A stretch of DNA of 64,000 nucleotides from Alphaproteobacteria bacterium. GTDB lineage: Bacteria; Pseudomonadota; Alphaproteobacteria; GCA-2731375. The stretch is from contig CBDEHK010000001.1 of the NCBI GenBank assembly GCA_965238305.1, positions 893,717 through 957,716 of the forward strand, read 5' to 3'. How positions within the stretch are numbered: the stretch's first letter is position 1; the number at the start of each line of letters is the position of its first letter. A model generated the notes under the pieces. The model worked only from the letters and a program-made list of their open reading frames with translations, had not been told where the DNA came from and did not search any database. Below are positions 9,797 through 19,286 of this stretch, piece by piece. The position numbers were made by a program, and so were the translations under genes.

Positions 9797-11017
9797 TTAT
9801 CCCAAAACCCCTTTTTCGCGTAGACCGTCAATTTCTGCTTGATCGAAACCCAGACCCGTCAGGATATCGTGACAATGTTCACCGAGCGCCGGGGCTTTGC
9901 CGTCGGAACATTTATCTTGCCCACGCAACCAGAGCGGGCTGTCGATGGCATGACTTGTGCCCGGACCCATGGACTGGGTCGGGACCAGAGCGCCGCTGAT
10001 GATCATTTGCTCGTCCTTCGGCAATTCGGCCATGCGTGAAATCGGACCGAAGGTGATGCGATGGTGGTCCAGGATTTTCCGCCATTCCGGCCAGTTCTTT
10101 TGCGGGAACACCTGATCCAGAACTTCGATCAGGGCGACGGAATTGGCATGCCGTTCGGTCTTTTCGGCGAAGCGCGGATCCTGCAATAAATCGGGACGTT
10201 CGATCGCCTGACAGAAACCTTCCCATTGGCGATCTTCATTGACCATCGACAGAATAAACCAATGCCCGTCTTTGCATTGAAAGTGATTGGTCATGGCATT
10301 TGGAAATTTTTCCCGCACCGGCCGGGTCGGCACTTCACTACCGCATAGCGCGGCTTGCGCGTAATAAGCGTTCGACCACAAACCATTGGCCAGAAGCGAG
10401 GTATCGACCTGCATCCCTTCGCCAGTTTTTTCGCGTTGGTAGAGTGCCGTTGCAATCGCCGCAAACAGACTGACCGCCGTCGGATGATCGCCCATACCGG
10501 GGGCCGACCGCGCCGGTGCGCCATCGGGATCGGGGCGGACCAGATCCATCAACCCGCTTCTGGCCCAAAGGGCGGAACTATCAAAGCCCGGTTTGTCGGC
10601 TTCCGGACCCACTTCCCCATACCCGGTAATCACCGCATAGATTATTTTTGGATTTACCGCCCGTACGTCTTGGTAGGCGAGTTTCAGGCGTTGGCGAATA
10701 GCGGGCATGAAATTGGAGACAACGACATCGGTATCGACAAGCAGGCGATCAAGCACAGCGCGGCCTTCGCGCTGTTTGAGGTCCAGGACCAGACCGCGTT
10801 TATTGCGGTTGTCGACCTGCCAATGATAATCGACGTCGGAGCGGGGCATGCCGGGGGCAAATTGCAATTGGCGGTACGGGTCCCCGCCCGGCGCTTCGAT
10901 CTTGATGACGTCAGCGCCGAAATCGCCCAGGATCGTGGCGGCGGCGGGCCCAGCAATAAAACTTGCTAGATCCAAAACCTTCAATCCGGAAAAAACCAAC
11001 CCGCGATCTGACATCAC
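9797..11017 (-). CDS. CaiB/BaiF family III CoA-transferase
   Basis: IAGPAAATILGDFGADVIKIEAPGGDP, NRNKRGL, APALGEH. Confidence 0.93.
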   Translation of the reverse strand: MMSDRGLVFSGLKVLDLASFIAGPAAATILGDFGADVIKIEAPGGDPYRQLQFAPGMPRSDVDYHWQVDNRNKRGLVLDLKQREGRAVLDRLLVDTDVVVSNFMPAIRQRLKLAYQDVRAVNPKIIYAVITGYGEVGPEADKPGFDSSALWARSGLMDLVRPDPDGAPARSAPGMGDHPTAVSLFAAIATALYQREKTGEGMQVDTSLLANGLWSNAYYAQAALCGSEVPTRPVREKFPNAMTNHFQCKDGHWFILSMVNEDRQWEGFCQAIERPDLLQDPRFAEKTERHANSVALIEVLDQVFPQKNWPEWRKILDHHRITFGPISRMAELPKDEQMIISGALVPTQSMGPGTSHAIDSPLWLRGQDKCSDGKAPALGEHCHDILTGLGFDQAEIDGLREKGVLG

Positions 11018-11108
11018 TCATCCCTTCGACATGCATATGATTTAGCCGGCGGGATCCCGCCGGGCGTGAAGCGACATTGTGCCCTGGAATGGAATCGAAA
11101 CGGAAGCC

Positions 11109-11597
11109 TTAATTGTCGGTGCTGCGGCTGACAATTTCCCAGCTGCCATCGGGCTGCCGACAGGCGATGCCATAAGCGTCTTCGGTCTTGCCATCGATCG
11201 TCACCGTGGTTTGGTATTCACGGCAGTAGCGGCCCGATTCCGTTTGACCGTCGCGGGTCGGTGTAACGGTGCCGTGGTGACCGGATTCTGGGTTTTGCCA
11301 ATGAATGGTTTCACCCAGCGGCGCTTTGGTGGCTTCACCTTCAGCTTCGGCCATGGCCAGGCGATCTTGTTCGTCCATGGATTTACCAACCGATTGGCCG
11401 ACCAGGGCGCCGATCATCATCCCCGCCGCCGCCGCCAGCACCTGACCGGAGCCACCACCCACCGTCGCGCCTAAAGTCGCGCCGGCGACGGCGCCGATGA
11501 GCGCTCCTTGATCCTGTTTGCTTGGTGCGGTGGAACAGCCGGCCAGGACCAGCACGCTACTCAATGCACATATTGCAAACGATTTCTGTACCCGCAT
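11109..11597 (-). CDS. Glycine-zipper lipoprotein, 17-kDa surface antigen (RT0821/Lpp0805-like)
   Basis: LAGC lipobox, glycine zipper, WQNPESG...YCREYQ...ACRQPDGSW. Confidence 0.88.
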   Translation of the reverse strand: MRVQKSFAICALSSVLVLAGCSTAPSKQDQGALIGAVAGATLGATVGGGSGQVLAAAAGMMIGALVGQSVGKSMDEQDRLAMAEAEGEATKAPLGETIHWQNPESGHHGTVTPTRDGQTESGRYCREYQTTVTIDGKTEDAYGIACRQPDGSWEIVSRSTDN

Positions 11598-11680
11598 GAA
11601 CGTTTCTCCTCATTCGCGCCATGTATATTTGTTGGCGCCATGTATAACGTTCATTATGGCATGATTATGTCGGCAGCCGT

Positions 11681-12895
11681 TTATGATAGTTCAGCCTTCG
11701 CCTGGGCAGTGATGGCGCCAAGGGTGTCCATGTGGGCGCGGTGAGCGATATTTTCTGCCGCCGTCTCCGCCGCATCCAGGATATCCCGATTGCTGGAAAT
11801 ATTGCGGATGGCATTGGCGATCTCGTCGGCACTTCGATTGTCGGTCCTGGCTTGATGAACACTGGCGCCAAAAGTGAGCAGACCGCGGGCGGTGATAAAA
11901 TGTTCCAAATTTTGCGATAACACAAATTGCGGTGTCCCGGCCAGAAGTCCGGCCAAGGCGGTTCCAAGTCCGGCGTGATGGATTAGCAATTTAGTTTCCG
12001 GCAGCAAGTTTTTGAGGTCGAGCGGCTTATCGTGTAACCGAACGTTTTCACCAGCCCACGACGTAATTTTTTTGGGAGCGCCGGAGATATACACTTCACA
12101 AAGCAGACCGCTGCCGGTCATGCCGCGGATAATATTTTCAAGCTGAGTGTGATTGCCAGGCAAATAGGCGACGACGGGCGGACCGCTACGCCCTTCTACT
12201 TTACCGCCAGACCTGGGAATATCGATATTGAAGGGGAAATGATCCGTTTGCTCACGATAGGCGGCGTAGGGGTCGAATTCATCAATCGAGCACACAAAGG
12301 TTTGATGGCCGGAAAACAAATCGCCAAAATAGTCGATCGCCGGGTCCTTGAATTTCTGCGCCACGCTATTGAAGGCGGCCAAGGCTTCGCCTTCATGTAT
12401 TCGGCTATAGGGCTGAACTTCGCTCACCCAAGGTCGCATCGGCGGCAGCAGTTGGCCGGCTGGCGGCACCGTGTAACCATTGCCGACAACAAGGCGACGG
12501 ACCCTGTCACGGGCCGCCAAGGCGACGGAAGGACTGAAGTCGGATACGATTAAATCCGGTTTCAGGCGATCGATCATCTGGCGCCATTGGGCGATATAAT
12601 CGACTAAGCGGTCGGCCTGATAATAGCCAAATAAATGCAACACGTCGGCGAAGGTGTGGGTCGGAATTTCGCGAATTCGCGGATTATTCGGCGGCTGCCA
12701 AGATCGGGCCTGCAATAGCTGATAGTCGGTACCCGGCTCGGCCAAGGCGGTCAATTCGGCCTGCACTTCCTTTGGATTTGGGGCCGCGATAGCGATCTTG
12801 TGGCCGACTTTTTTCAGCTCCGCAGCAATCGGCAGAAAGCGTCGTAAATGGCCCAGGCCACCGCCGAATTCCCAGGTAAACAATACATTTGCCAT
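11681..12895 (-). CDS. GT-B glycosyltransferase
   Basis: WEFGGGLGH, PDLIVSDF, IHHAGLGT...GTPQ. Confidence 0.82.
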   Translation of the reverse strand: MANVLFTWEFGGGLGHLRRFLPIAAELKKVGHKIAIAAPNPKEVQAELTALAEPGTDYQLLQARSWQPPNNPRIREIPTHTFADVLHLFGYYQADRLVDYIAQWRQMIDRLKPDLIVSDFSPSVALAARDRVRRLVVGNGYTVPPAGQLLPPMRPWVSEVQPYSRIHEGEALAAFNSVAQKFKDPAIDYFGDLFSGHQTFVCSIDEFDPYAAYREQTDHFPFNIDIPRSGGKVEGRSGPPVVAYLPGNHTQLENIIRGMTGSGLLCEVYISGAPKKITSWAGENVRLHDKPLDLKNLLPETKLLIHHAGLGTALAGLLAGTPQFVLSQNLEHFITARGLLTFGASVHQARTDNRSADEIANAIRNISSNRDILDAAETAAENIAHRAHMDTLGAITAQAKAELS

Positions 12896-13038
12896 CTACA
12901 ATAATCCGAACGAAATGCACAATCGCGAGTTCGGCTACCATAACGATAAATTTAACTTGCGCCAATTCATCGCTTGATCTGCTGTGACGACCTGGACATA
13001 TTGCGGACGCAACAATTATGGAAGTGTTTCCGTCACCC

Positions 13039-13905
13039 ATGCGCATACTTTTCACCATCCCGCATTATTATAGCCAAACCGAAAATGGCTTTTATGGCTC
13101 GCTTGCTTCGCCAGCCCAGAAGCGGTTGAATGTATTAAGGACCACCATTGCTTCCCTGTATCAGAATTTCGGTCCACGCCAGGGGCTGACTTTTTCAACG
13201 GAACGGCGGATCACCGGCGCCAATCGGGCACGTGATAACCGGATCGAAATTGTCGTCTGTACAAATGGCGACAATCATCTTCTGAACCATTTACCCAAAG
13301 GGCTGGTAAGCGGGCGTGATACGCCAGGTGATCCGATGTATCTGGGTTATGGTTGCCAGGAAGTGCTGGCTTCTAGGGTTGATGATTTTGACTATTTCTG
13401 TTTTTTGGAAGACGACATTTTTGTTTCCGATCCGGAGTTCTTCGCCAAATTAGCCTGGTTCCAAACCCTGGCCGATGAGGAAAGCCTGTTGCAGCCCAAT
13501 CGCTATGAGCTGCGTCTCGATCAACCGGTACACAAGCTCTATATTGACGGGAATCTAGGAAAACCCGGGATCAGCGAAAGATTTCAAGACATTTCCGTCG
13601 ATCCCAATCTACAGGGTGAACATCTTGGTCGCCGGATCAACTTTCAGCGCGTTAACAATCCCCATTCCGGGTGTTTTTTCCTCAGCCAAGAACAAATGCG
13701 GCGCTGGATGGCGCGCTCCGATTTCCTCGAACGCTCGGATGACTTCTGCGGCCCGTTAGAAAGTGCCGCGACTCTTGGCATCCTGCGTACATTTAAGATT
13801 TACAAAGCTAGTCGCGAGAACGCCGGCTTCCTGGAAGTGCGGCACGGCGATAACCGTTATCTCGGGAATCGCATGCAAATCCCACCGAACTGGCAGCCAG
13901 ACTAA
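13039..13905 (+). CDS. Conserved protein, possibly GT-A-like
   Basis: Long ORF starting MRILFTIPHYY; DYFCFLEDD resembles a GT-A DxD/EDD motif; lies between glycosyltransferases. Confidence 0.55.
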   Translation: MRILFTIPHYYSQTENGFYGSLASPAQKRLNVLRTTIASLYQNFGPRQGLTFSTERRITGANRARDNRIEIVVCTNGDNHLLNHLPKGLVSGRDTPGDPMYLGYGCQEVLASRVDDFDYFCFLEDDIFVSDPEFFAKLAWFQTLADEESLLQPNRYELRLDQPVHKLYIDGNLGKPGISERFQDISVDPNLQGEHLGRRINFQRVNNPHSGCFFLSQEQMRRWMARSDFLERSDDFCGPLESAATLGILRTFKIYKASRENAGFLEVRHGDNRYLGNRMQIPPNWQPD

Positions 13906-13919
13906 GTTGACTGGCCGTT

Positions 13920-15179
13920 CTAGGCGGCGGCGGGTTTTGGAAATTCGTAGGGACCTGGTTTCGGCTTGCGGCCAACTGCCAAGTTGTTCAGCAACTCAAT
14001 TTGTCCAGCCAGACATTCGCGTAGTCGGAACCGGGTTGCCACCGATTCCCGAGCCGCCCGTCGAAGCGCTATCGCCCGCTTCGGATTATTGAGAATTTCG
14101 AGAACCCGGTCAGCGAGTTGCTCAGGATCGTCAAAATCAAATAACAACGCATTCTTGCCGTCTTCGATCACTTCTAGCACCGGTTCGGTAGACGAGGCAG
14201 CGATCGCGCAGCCGACGGCCATGGCTTCCAGGAACGACCAGGACAGCACAAACGGCGTGGTGAGGTAGATATGGGCCGACGAAATTTGCAGCAGCCGCAA
14301 ATACTGACCATAAGGTAATTTGCCGACAAAATGGACGCGGTCGAGATCGAGGTCGACCTGTTGCAACAGTTTTTCGCGCCAGGTGCCGCCTTCCCCCGGC
14401 ATCGCCGAATAGCTGGTTTCGTCGCCGCCAACAACGACGAATTGCGCTTTCGGTCGTTCGCGGCAAAGACGTTCCGCTGCTTGCATGAATTGCGGGAAAC
14501 CGCGAGTCGGCTCGAGATTGCGGGAGACATAGGTGATGACCTCGTCCCCAGCGCTTAATACCTTGTCGTTCGGTAATTTAAACTGAGCTTGCGAATTCGG
14601 CCGGCACATCCCCATGTTGATCCCTTCATGCAGGACCGACATCTTGTTCTTGAATTCGGCGGGAAATTGCTGATATTGCCAAATCGTCGGCGCGACCCCC
14701 CAATCGGCCTCTTTCATACTGAAGAGGCCAAGGATATTCCTTGTCCGTGTCCGATAAACATCGGCCAGCCGCGACGGCTTTCCCGGCTTTGGTTTATTGA
14801 CACCGCGAAAGGGGTGAAAGTGATATTCGCAATAATGCAACTGCGGTACCTCCGGCCAGACGTCGCGCAAATACATGGCTTCGCCCCAGCCCGGATGGAC
14901 GCTGATCACGTCGGGGGTAAAACCTTCTCGTTTTAGCGTCTGGGCGATGGCAGCCGCTTGTTGGCCATGAAAGATATATTCTTCCATTTTGTCGATTTCC
15001 GGCAACGTTGTCGGGGACGCTTCTTCGGTAATTTTGTATTTCAGATGGCGGACATTTTTGATCAGGTCGTCTTCCCGCTTGGAAATCGCCACCACTTCAT
15101 TGGCCGAATCGGCGGCAAGTTGGGCGGCTAGATTTTTGTACTGGCCGGGAAAATTCTGATGAATGAATAGGTAACGCAT
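13920..15179 (-). CDS. Glycosyltransferase family 4
   Basis: HQNFPGQY, HPGWGE, RNLEPTRGF, FVLSWSFLEAMA. Confidence 0.92.
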   Translation of the reverse strand: MRYLFIHQNFPGQYKNLAAQLAADSANEVVAISKREDDLIKNVRHLKYKITEEASPTTLPEIDKMEEYIFHGQQAAAIAQTLKREGFTPDVISVHPGWGEAMYLRDVWPEVPQLHYCEYHFHPFRGVNKPKPGKPSRLADVYRTRTRNILGLFSMKEADWGVAPTIWQYQQFPAEFKNKMSVLHEGINMGMCRPNSQAQFKLPNDKVLSAGDEVITYVSRNLEPTRGFPQFMQAAERLCRERPKAQFVVVGGDETSYSAMPGEGGTWREKLLQQVDLDLDRVHFVGKLPYGQYLRLLQISSAHIYLTTPFVLSWSFLEAMAVGCAIAASSTEPVLEVIEDGKNALLFDFDDPEQLADRVLEILNNPKRAIALRRAARESVATRFRLRECLAGQIELLNNLAVGRKPKPGPYEFPKPAAA

Positions 15180-16076
15180 TTACAGCAGTTCTTTCTGGTC
15201 TGGCCGGTTCGGCTGGTCTGGTGCCAAATGTTGGCTTCTGTCGTATCCCAGTTGGCGATAAAAGTCGTTGCAGTTTTTGAACAAGGCGGTGGTTTCCGCC
15301 GCTTCCAGGTCGGCCGGTTTGACATAGCCTGGGTCGACGAAGTGATGTTGATTGCCACTGGCGACTTTGGGCTGGGTATTGATTTTACGATCCATGACGG
15401 CGCGGTTGATGCGGTCGGTGCCAAGAAAATTTTGCAACTGATCAATATGCCCGTCGGTGTCGGCGACCATGTTTTCATACTTGAAGATGAGTTTATGCTT
15501 CGGCTGCAGCTTGTGGATAGCGTTGATATTCTCCATCCAACGCTGCCCGAAGCGGGTATAGGCGGCCAGGTTCGGGTAATCGCCTGGCCATCTGGCCTTG
15601 GCCGAGCGGGTCACCGGATAAAGATCCCGGTAGATGCATATATAATAAGCTTCCGGCAATAATTTGGTCAGGAAAGCATAACCCTGGGCGTTGAAAATCT
15701 GATGTTTGATGCCCCAGCTCTCAAAACCCAGATCGCGGGAATAATCCGCATAAAACTTGACCAAATGATGAAAACCGGCCCGCACCGCCGCCAAATACTG
15801 AAAGCGATCGGGGAACAAGCTGCTGCCTTCGAAATCGTCGTCGCTGTTGAGGAAAGTTTCCCGCACTGCCTTGGTCGCCTGATGTTTTTGTTCGGCGTCC
15901 ATATGCTGGCCCTGGATCATCGCCGGAAAGCGATCGAACATATAGAAATTCTCACCATAGATGATGTAATCACGGGTCGAATTCAGTAGCCGCTGCAATA
16001 ACGTGGTACCGCAGCGGGTGGTTGGGCCGACAATTATCACCGGCGAATTCGGTCCTGGCGGCATCGTGATCTCCAA
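15180..16076 (-). CDS. Sulfotransferase family protein
   Basis: GPTTRCGTTLL (5'-PSB), WGIK, IYRD...S, FKYE; stop abuts the next ATG. Confidence 0.82.
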   Translation of the reverse strand: MEITMPPGPNSPVIIVGPTTRCGTTLLQRLLNSTRDYIIYGENFYMFDRFPAMIQGQHMDAEQKHQATKAVRETFLNSDDDFEGSSLFPDRFQYLAAVRAGFHHLVKFYADYSRDLGFESWGIKHQIFNAQGYAFLTKLLPEAYYICIYRDLYPVTRSAKARWPGDYPNLAAYTRFGQRWMENINAIHKLQPKHKLIFKYENMVADTDGHIDQLQNFLGTDRINRAVMDRKINTQPKVASGNQHHFVDPGYVKPADLEAAETTALFKNCNDFYRQLGYDRSQHLAPDQPNRPDQKELL

Positions 16077-16243
16077 ACGCTAATATCGATCTGTTTTGCG
16101 AAGATATAGAATTAATTCGTGAACATATATAGGGGCGAACAGATGCCGTCGACAGTAGATTGGATACTAGTTGTTTACTCAGTCAACGCGGCAATTTATA
16201 TACGAGACCAAATCAAATGATCACGCGGAAAAAGACCACATTC

Positions 16244-17047
16244 ATGGCAAGCAAAATTTTCGGCATCGGGCTTTCGCGAACAGGCACCTCCACCTTGATT
16301 AATGCTTTTGGCGTACTTGGGTACAAAGCCATCCATTTTCCGTTTCGCGCGGACGATTTTGACACCCATGAAGCGGCCGCGGACACACCGGTGGCGGCGC
16401 GCTTTGTTGAACTCGACAAAATATATCCGGGCAGCCGATTTGTTTACACCACCCGTGATTTGGAAAGCTGGTTGGCTTCGTGCGAGCGCTTTTGGGCCAA
16501 ACGGCAGGTGATTTTTGATCGCTCTGATTTCGTCAGCGACATGCATCGGTATCTTTACCAGACCACCACCTATGACGCAGATAAATTTGCCGCGGCTTAT
16601 CGACGACACGATAGCCGGATACGCGAATATTTTGCCACTCGACCAGACGATTGGCTGGAGTTTGATATTTGTGGCGGCGCCGCGGAATGGCCTCCACTAT
16701 GCGATTTTCTCGGTCGCGAACGGCCATCCTTGCCGTTTCCATGGTCGAATAGAGGCGATATCATCGATCAAATGTTAATTCGCGCGCTGCACGTTCTGGA
16801 CGATGTGGAACTGGTGGGTCGAATTACCAATGTTTCGCCGGTCCATCTCAAGAAATTGACCAATTCTAATGGTTATGCAGATCACGACGTCAAGACGATT
16901 TTGGCTTATGACGATGGCGCCGAGACGGCCTATTTGGCCACCCGCTTATGCCAAGGCGTAGGCGGTGCGGCGGCGGCGGCGGAGACTTTTGGTTTCGATC
17001 AAGAAAAACTAGAAATCAGTGTTGAATTCGTCAATGCTCGCCACTAA
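16244..17047 (+). CDS. Sulfotransferase family protein
   Basis: KIFGIGLSRTGTSTL, YPGSRFVYTTRD..SW..S, WPPLCDFLG, PFPWSN. Confidence 0.85.
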   Translation: MASKIFGIGLSRTGTSTLINAFGVLGYKAIHFPFRADDFDTHEAAADTPVAARFVELDKIYPGSRFVYTTRDLESWLASCERFWAKRQVIFDRSDFVSDMHRYLYQTTTYDADKFAAAYRRHDSRIREYFATRPDDWLEFDICGGAAEWPPLCDFLGRERPSLPFPWSNRGDIIDQMLIRALHVLDDVELVGRITNVSPVHLKKLTNSNGYADHDVKTILAYDDGAETAYLATRLCQGVGGAAAAAETFGFDQEKLEISVEFVNARH

Positions 17048-17054
17048 TTGGCCG

Positions 17055-17070
17055 TTAACCATCTGTTAAC
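17055..17070. promoter_or_regulatory. CtrA-type box upstream of RTX gene 1
   Basis: TTAA-CCATCTG-TTAAC = TTAA-N7-TTAAC. Confidence 0.6.
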
Positions 17071-17330
17071 TACATAATTTTGTTCACTTTCTTTGGTTTG
17101 TTGCATTATTATCACAAAATACCCACCTATCGCCAAATAATCCCCATTTCGCCTGACAATTGAACTTGCATTATAAAAACGATCAGGTATCTTCCAAGTT
17201 GGCCTTTGGGGGGAGCTCCCGGGCGAAGTGTATTTCGGTTTGGCGGCGCGAGGATCATATCTCTCGCGGGAGCTGAGCCAGGAATACCGAAGTAGATTTT
17301 GAAGCAACTGCAAATTTTGGAGTAAATTTT

Positions 17331-19127
17331 ATGGTTACAACAGTAAACGGCTCAGATCTTTCTGACGCCATTTCGCTATCCGGCGACACCGCTTATGAAG
17401 CCAACGGCATGGGCGGCGACGATACCTTCACAGCAACAGCCGCGAATTTCGGTGCGGCGACGATTAATGGTGGCACTGGCGATGACAGCGTCTATCTGTC
17501 GACGGGTACCTTGCTTGCCTACGGCAATGAAGGCGATGACGATATCTATCTTGCTAACGGTGATGCCGACGTCTATGGCGGTCAGGGTAACGACGACATA
17601 TCTGTAAACAACGGTTCTGGTACCCTTCAGGGTAACAAGGGCGATGATAACATCACCGCCAATAACTGGGCCGGCGCGATTTCCGGCGGCACCGGTGCGG
17701 ACTATATTAATGCTAATGGTACCGGCAATTTTGCGCTCGATGTCGATGGCGGTGCCGGCAACGATACCTTTACGATTGCCGGTGTTGTGGGTCTTAATCT
17801 GACCGGCGGCGCAGGCGATGATAATATCATTGCTGGTGGCACCGGTGGGTCGATTTACGGTAACCAAGGTGACGATATTATCACCGTGAACGATACCGCA
17901 GCCAGCGTATATGGCGGTCAGGGCAACGATGTTATTGCAATTACGGCAAACTTATCTGGCGATCTACAGGGTAATAAGGGCGATGACAATATTGTTGCGA
18001 TCAATGTTGTCGGCGATATTTCGCTGGGCACCGGCGACAATATTCTTTCCGCCGTCAACGTAACCGGCGACATTAGCGGTGCTGAAGGTAATGACGACAT
18101 CACCGTCGCCAAGTTGGTGGGTGATGCCGACCTGGGTGACGGCGACAACACCCTCGCAGCCAATACGTTGACCGGTAATGTCTTGGGCGGTGCTGGTGAC
18201 GATTCGGTTGATATCGCTGCCAACGTGGTTGGCGATATCGATCTAGGTGACGGTGCGAATACGCTGACCGTCGCAGGCAAGATGACCGGCGATGTTGCCG
18301 GCGGTACCGGTGTTGACGCGGTGCAGATTGCGGGCGCTTATTCGGGCGATGCAATGCTCGGCGATGAGGCTGACTTTTTTACCGCCTCCAACGCTTTTGC
18401 CGGTAATCTCCACGCTGGTGCCGGTGATGATAGTTTGAATCTTGGAACGCAAGTCAGCGGTGCTGTCTACGGCAACCAAGGCGACGATACTATAATCGCT
18501 TCGGTGACAGGCACTAATTCGCTTGGGATTTATGGCGGTCAAGGCAACGACGTGATCACGGTGCAAGGTGCCGGCGATGCGGTCGTGCATGGCAACAAAG
18601 GCGACGATGCCATTAATATCGTTGCCGGCAGCCAAGAAGTGCATGGCGGCAGCGGCGCGGATGTCATCGGCGATACCGGTGGCGGCGCCCAAGTCGTTTA
18701 CGGTAACCAAGACGGTGACATGATCTCTCTGGGCTCTGGTGCCGATACGGTCTATGGCGGTCAAGGCGATGACACGATCGTTCACTCCACCGCAGGTGGC
18801 AGCGACGTGCTCTATGGTAACAAGGGCGCTGATTTGTTCTCGGCTGCCGTGGTGACCGTGGCTGATTCAAAAGTCACTGCCGGCGGGGACTTTACGATTG
18901 GCGACTTCTCAACCGAAGACACACTTCTCATTGATGGTGGCGGCACGGGCGCCTCTTTGGTGACCGTGAATATGATCGCGGTGGCCGATGGCGGCTCGAC
19001 CGGGACGGCGGGTGATGTAACCCTCGCCTTTGCGACCGGCACGATTACCCTGGAAGGCATCGGTGATGGCACTTTAACCGACTTGTTCGCGTTGGCGGCA
19101 GCAGGCTACACGATCACGCTTGCCTAA
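17331..19127 (+). CDS. RTX-type Ca-binding beta-roll surface protein, paralog 1 (S-layer candidate, T1SS substrate)
   Basis: GGxGxD nonapeptides throughout, no Sec signal, T1SS downstream, GGAG RBS. Confidence 0.88.
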   Translation: MVTTVNGSDLSDAISLSGDTAYEANGMGGDDTFTATAANFGAATINGGTGDDSVYLSTGTLLAYGNEGDDDIYLANGDADVYGGQGNDDISVNNGSGTLQGNKGDDNITANNWAGAISGGTGADYINANGTGNFALDVDGGAGNDTFTIAGVVGLNLTGGAGDDNIIAGGTGGSIYGNQGDDIITVNDTAASVYGGQGNDVIAITANLSGDLQGNKGDDNIVAINVVGDISLGTGDNILSAVNVTGDISGAEGNDDITVAKLVGDADLGDGDNTLAANTLTGNVLGGAGDDSVDIAANVVGDIDLGDGANTLTVAGKMTGDVAGGTGVDAVQIAGAYSGDAMLGDEADFFTASNAFAGNLHAGAGDDSLNLGTQVSGAVYGNQGDDTIIASVTGTNSLGIYGGQGNDVITVQGAGDAVVHGNKGDDAINIVAGSQEVHGGSGADVIGDTGGGAQVVYGNQDGDMISLGSGADTVYGGQGDDTIVHSTAGGSDVLYGNKGADLFSAAVVTVADSKVTAGGDFTIGDFSTEDTLLIDGGGTGASLVTVNMIAVADGGSTGTAGDVTLAFATGTITLEGIGDGTLTDLFALAAAGYTITLA

Positions 19128-19149
19128 ACCAACGAACGCAGTTGCTTCG

Positions 19150-19179
19150 AAAGGGCCGGGGATTTCCCCGGCCCTTTTT
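19150..19179 (+). terminator. Rho-independent terminator
   Basis: AAAGGGCCGGGG-ATTT-CCCCGGCCCTTTTT. Confidence 0.9.
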
Positions 19180-19200
19180 CTTTGTTCGGACTACATTTTG

Positions 19201-19216
19201 TTAATCTTGCGTTAAC
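19201..19216. promoter_or_regulatory. CtrA-type box upstream of RTX gene 2
   Basis: TTAA-TCTTGCG-TTAAC(CAT). Confidence 0.6.
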
Positions 19217-19286
19217 CATCTCTTTGGGCGATAATTTCGACCGAATCGAATTAGTTGCTGCGGCTTCATAAAACGGGGAAAATTCC

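Noticed and set aside
11046-11063. Perfect 18-bp palindrome CCGGCGGGATCCCGCCGG
   Set aside because: Single GC-rich copy; probably a simple hairpin downstream of the lipoprotein gene, with no assignable function
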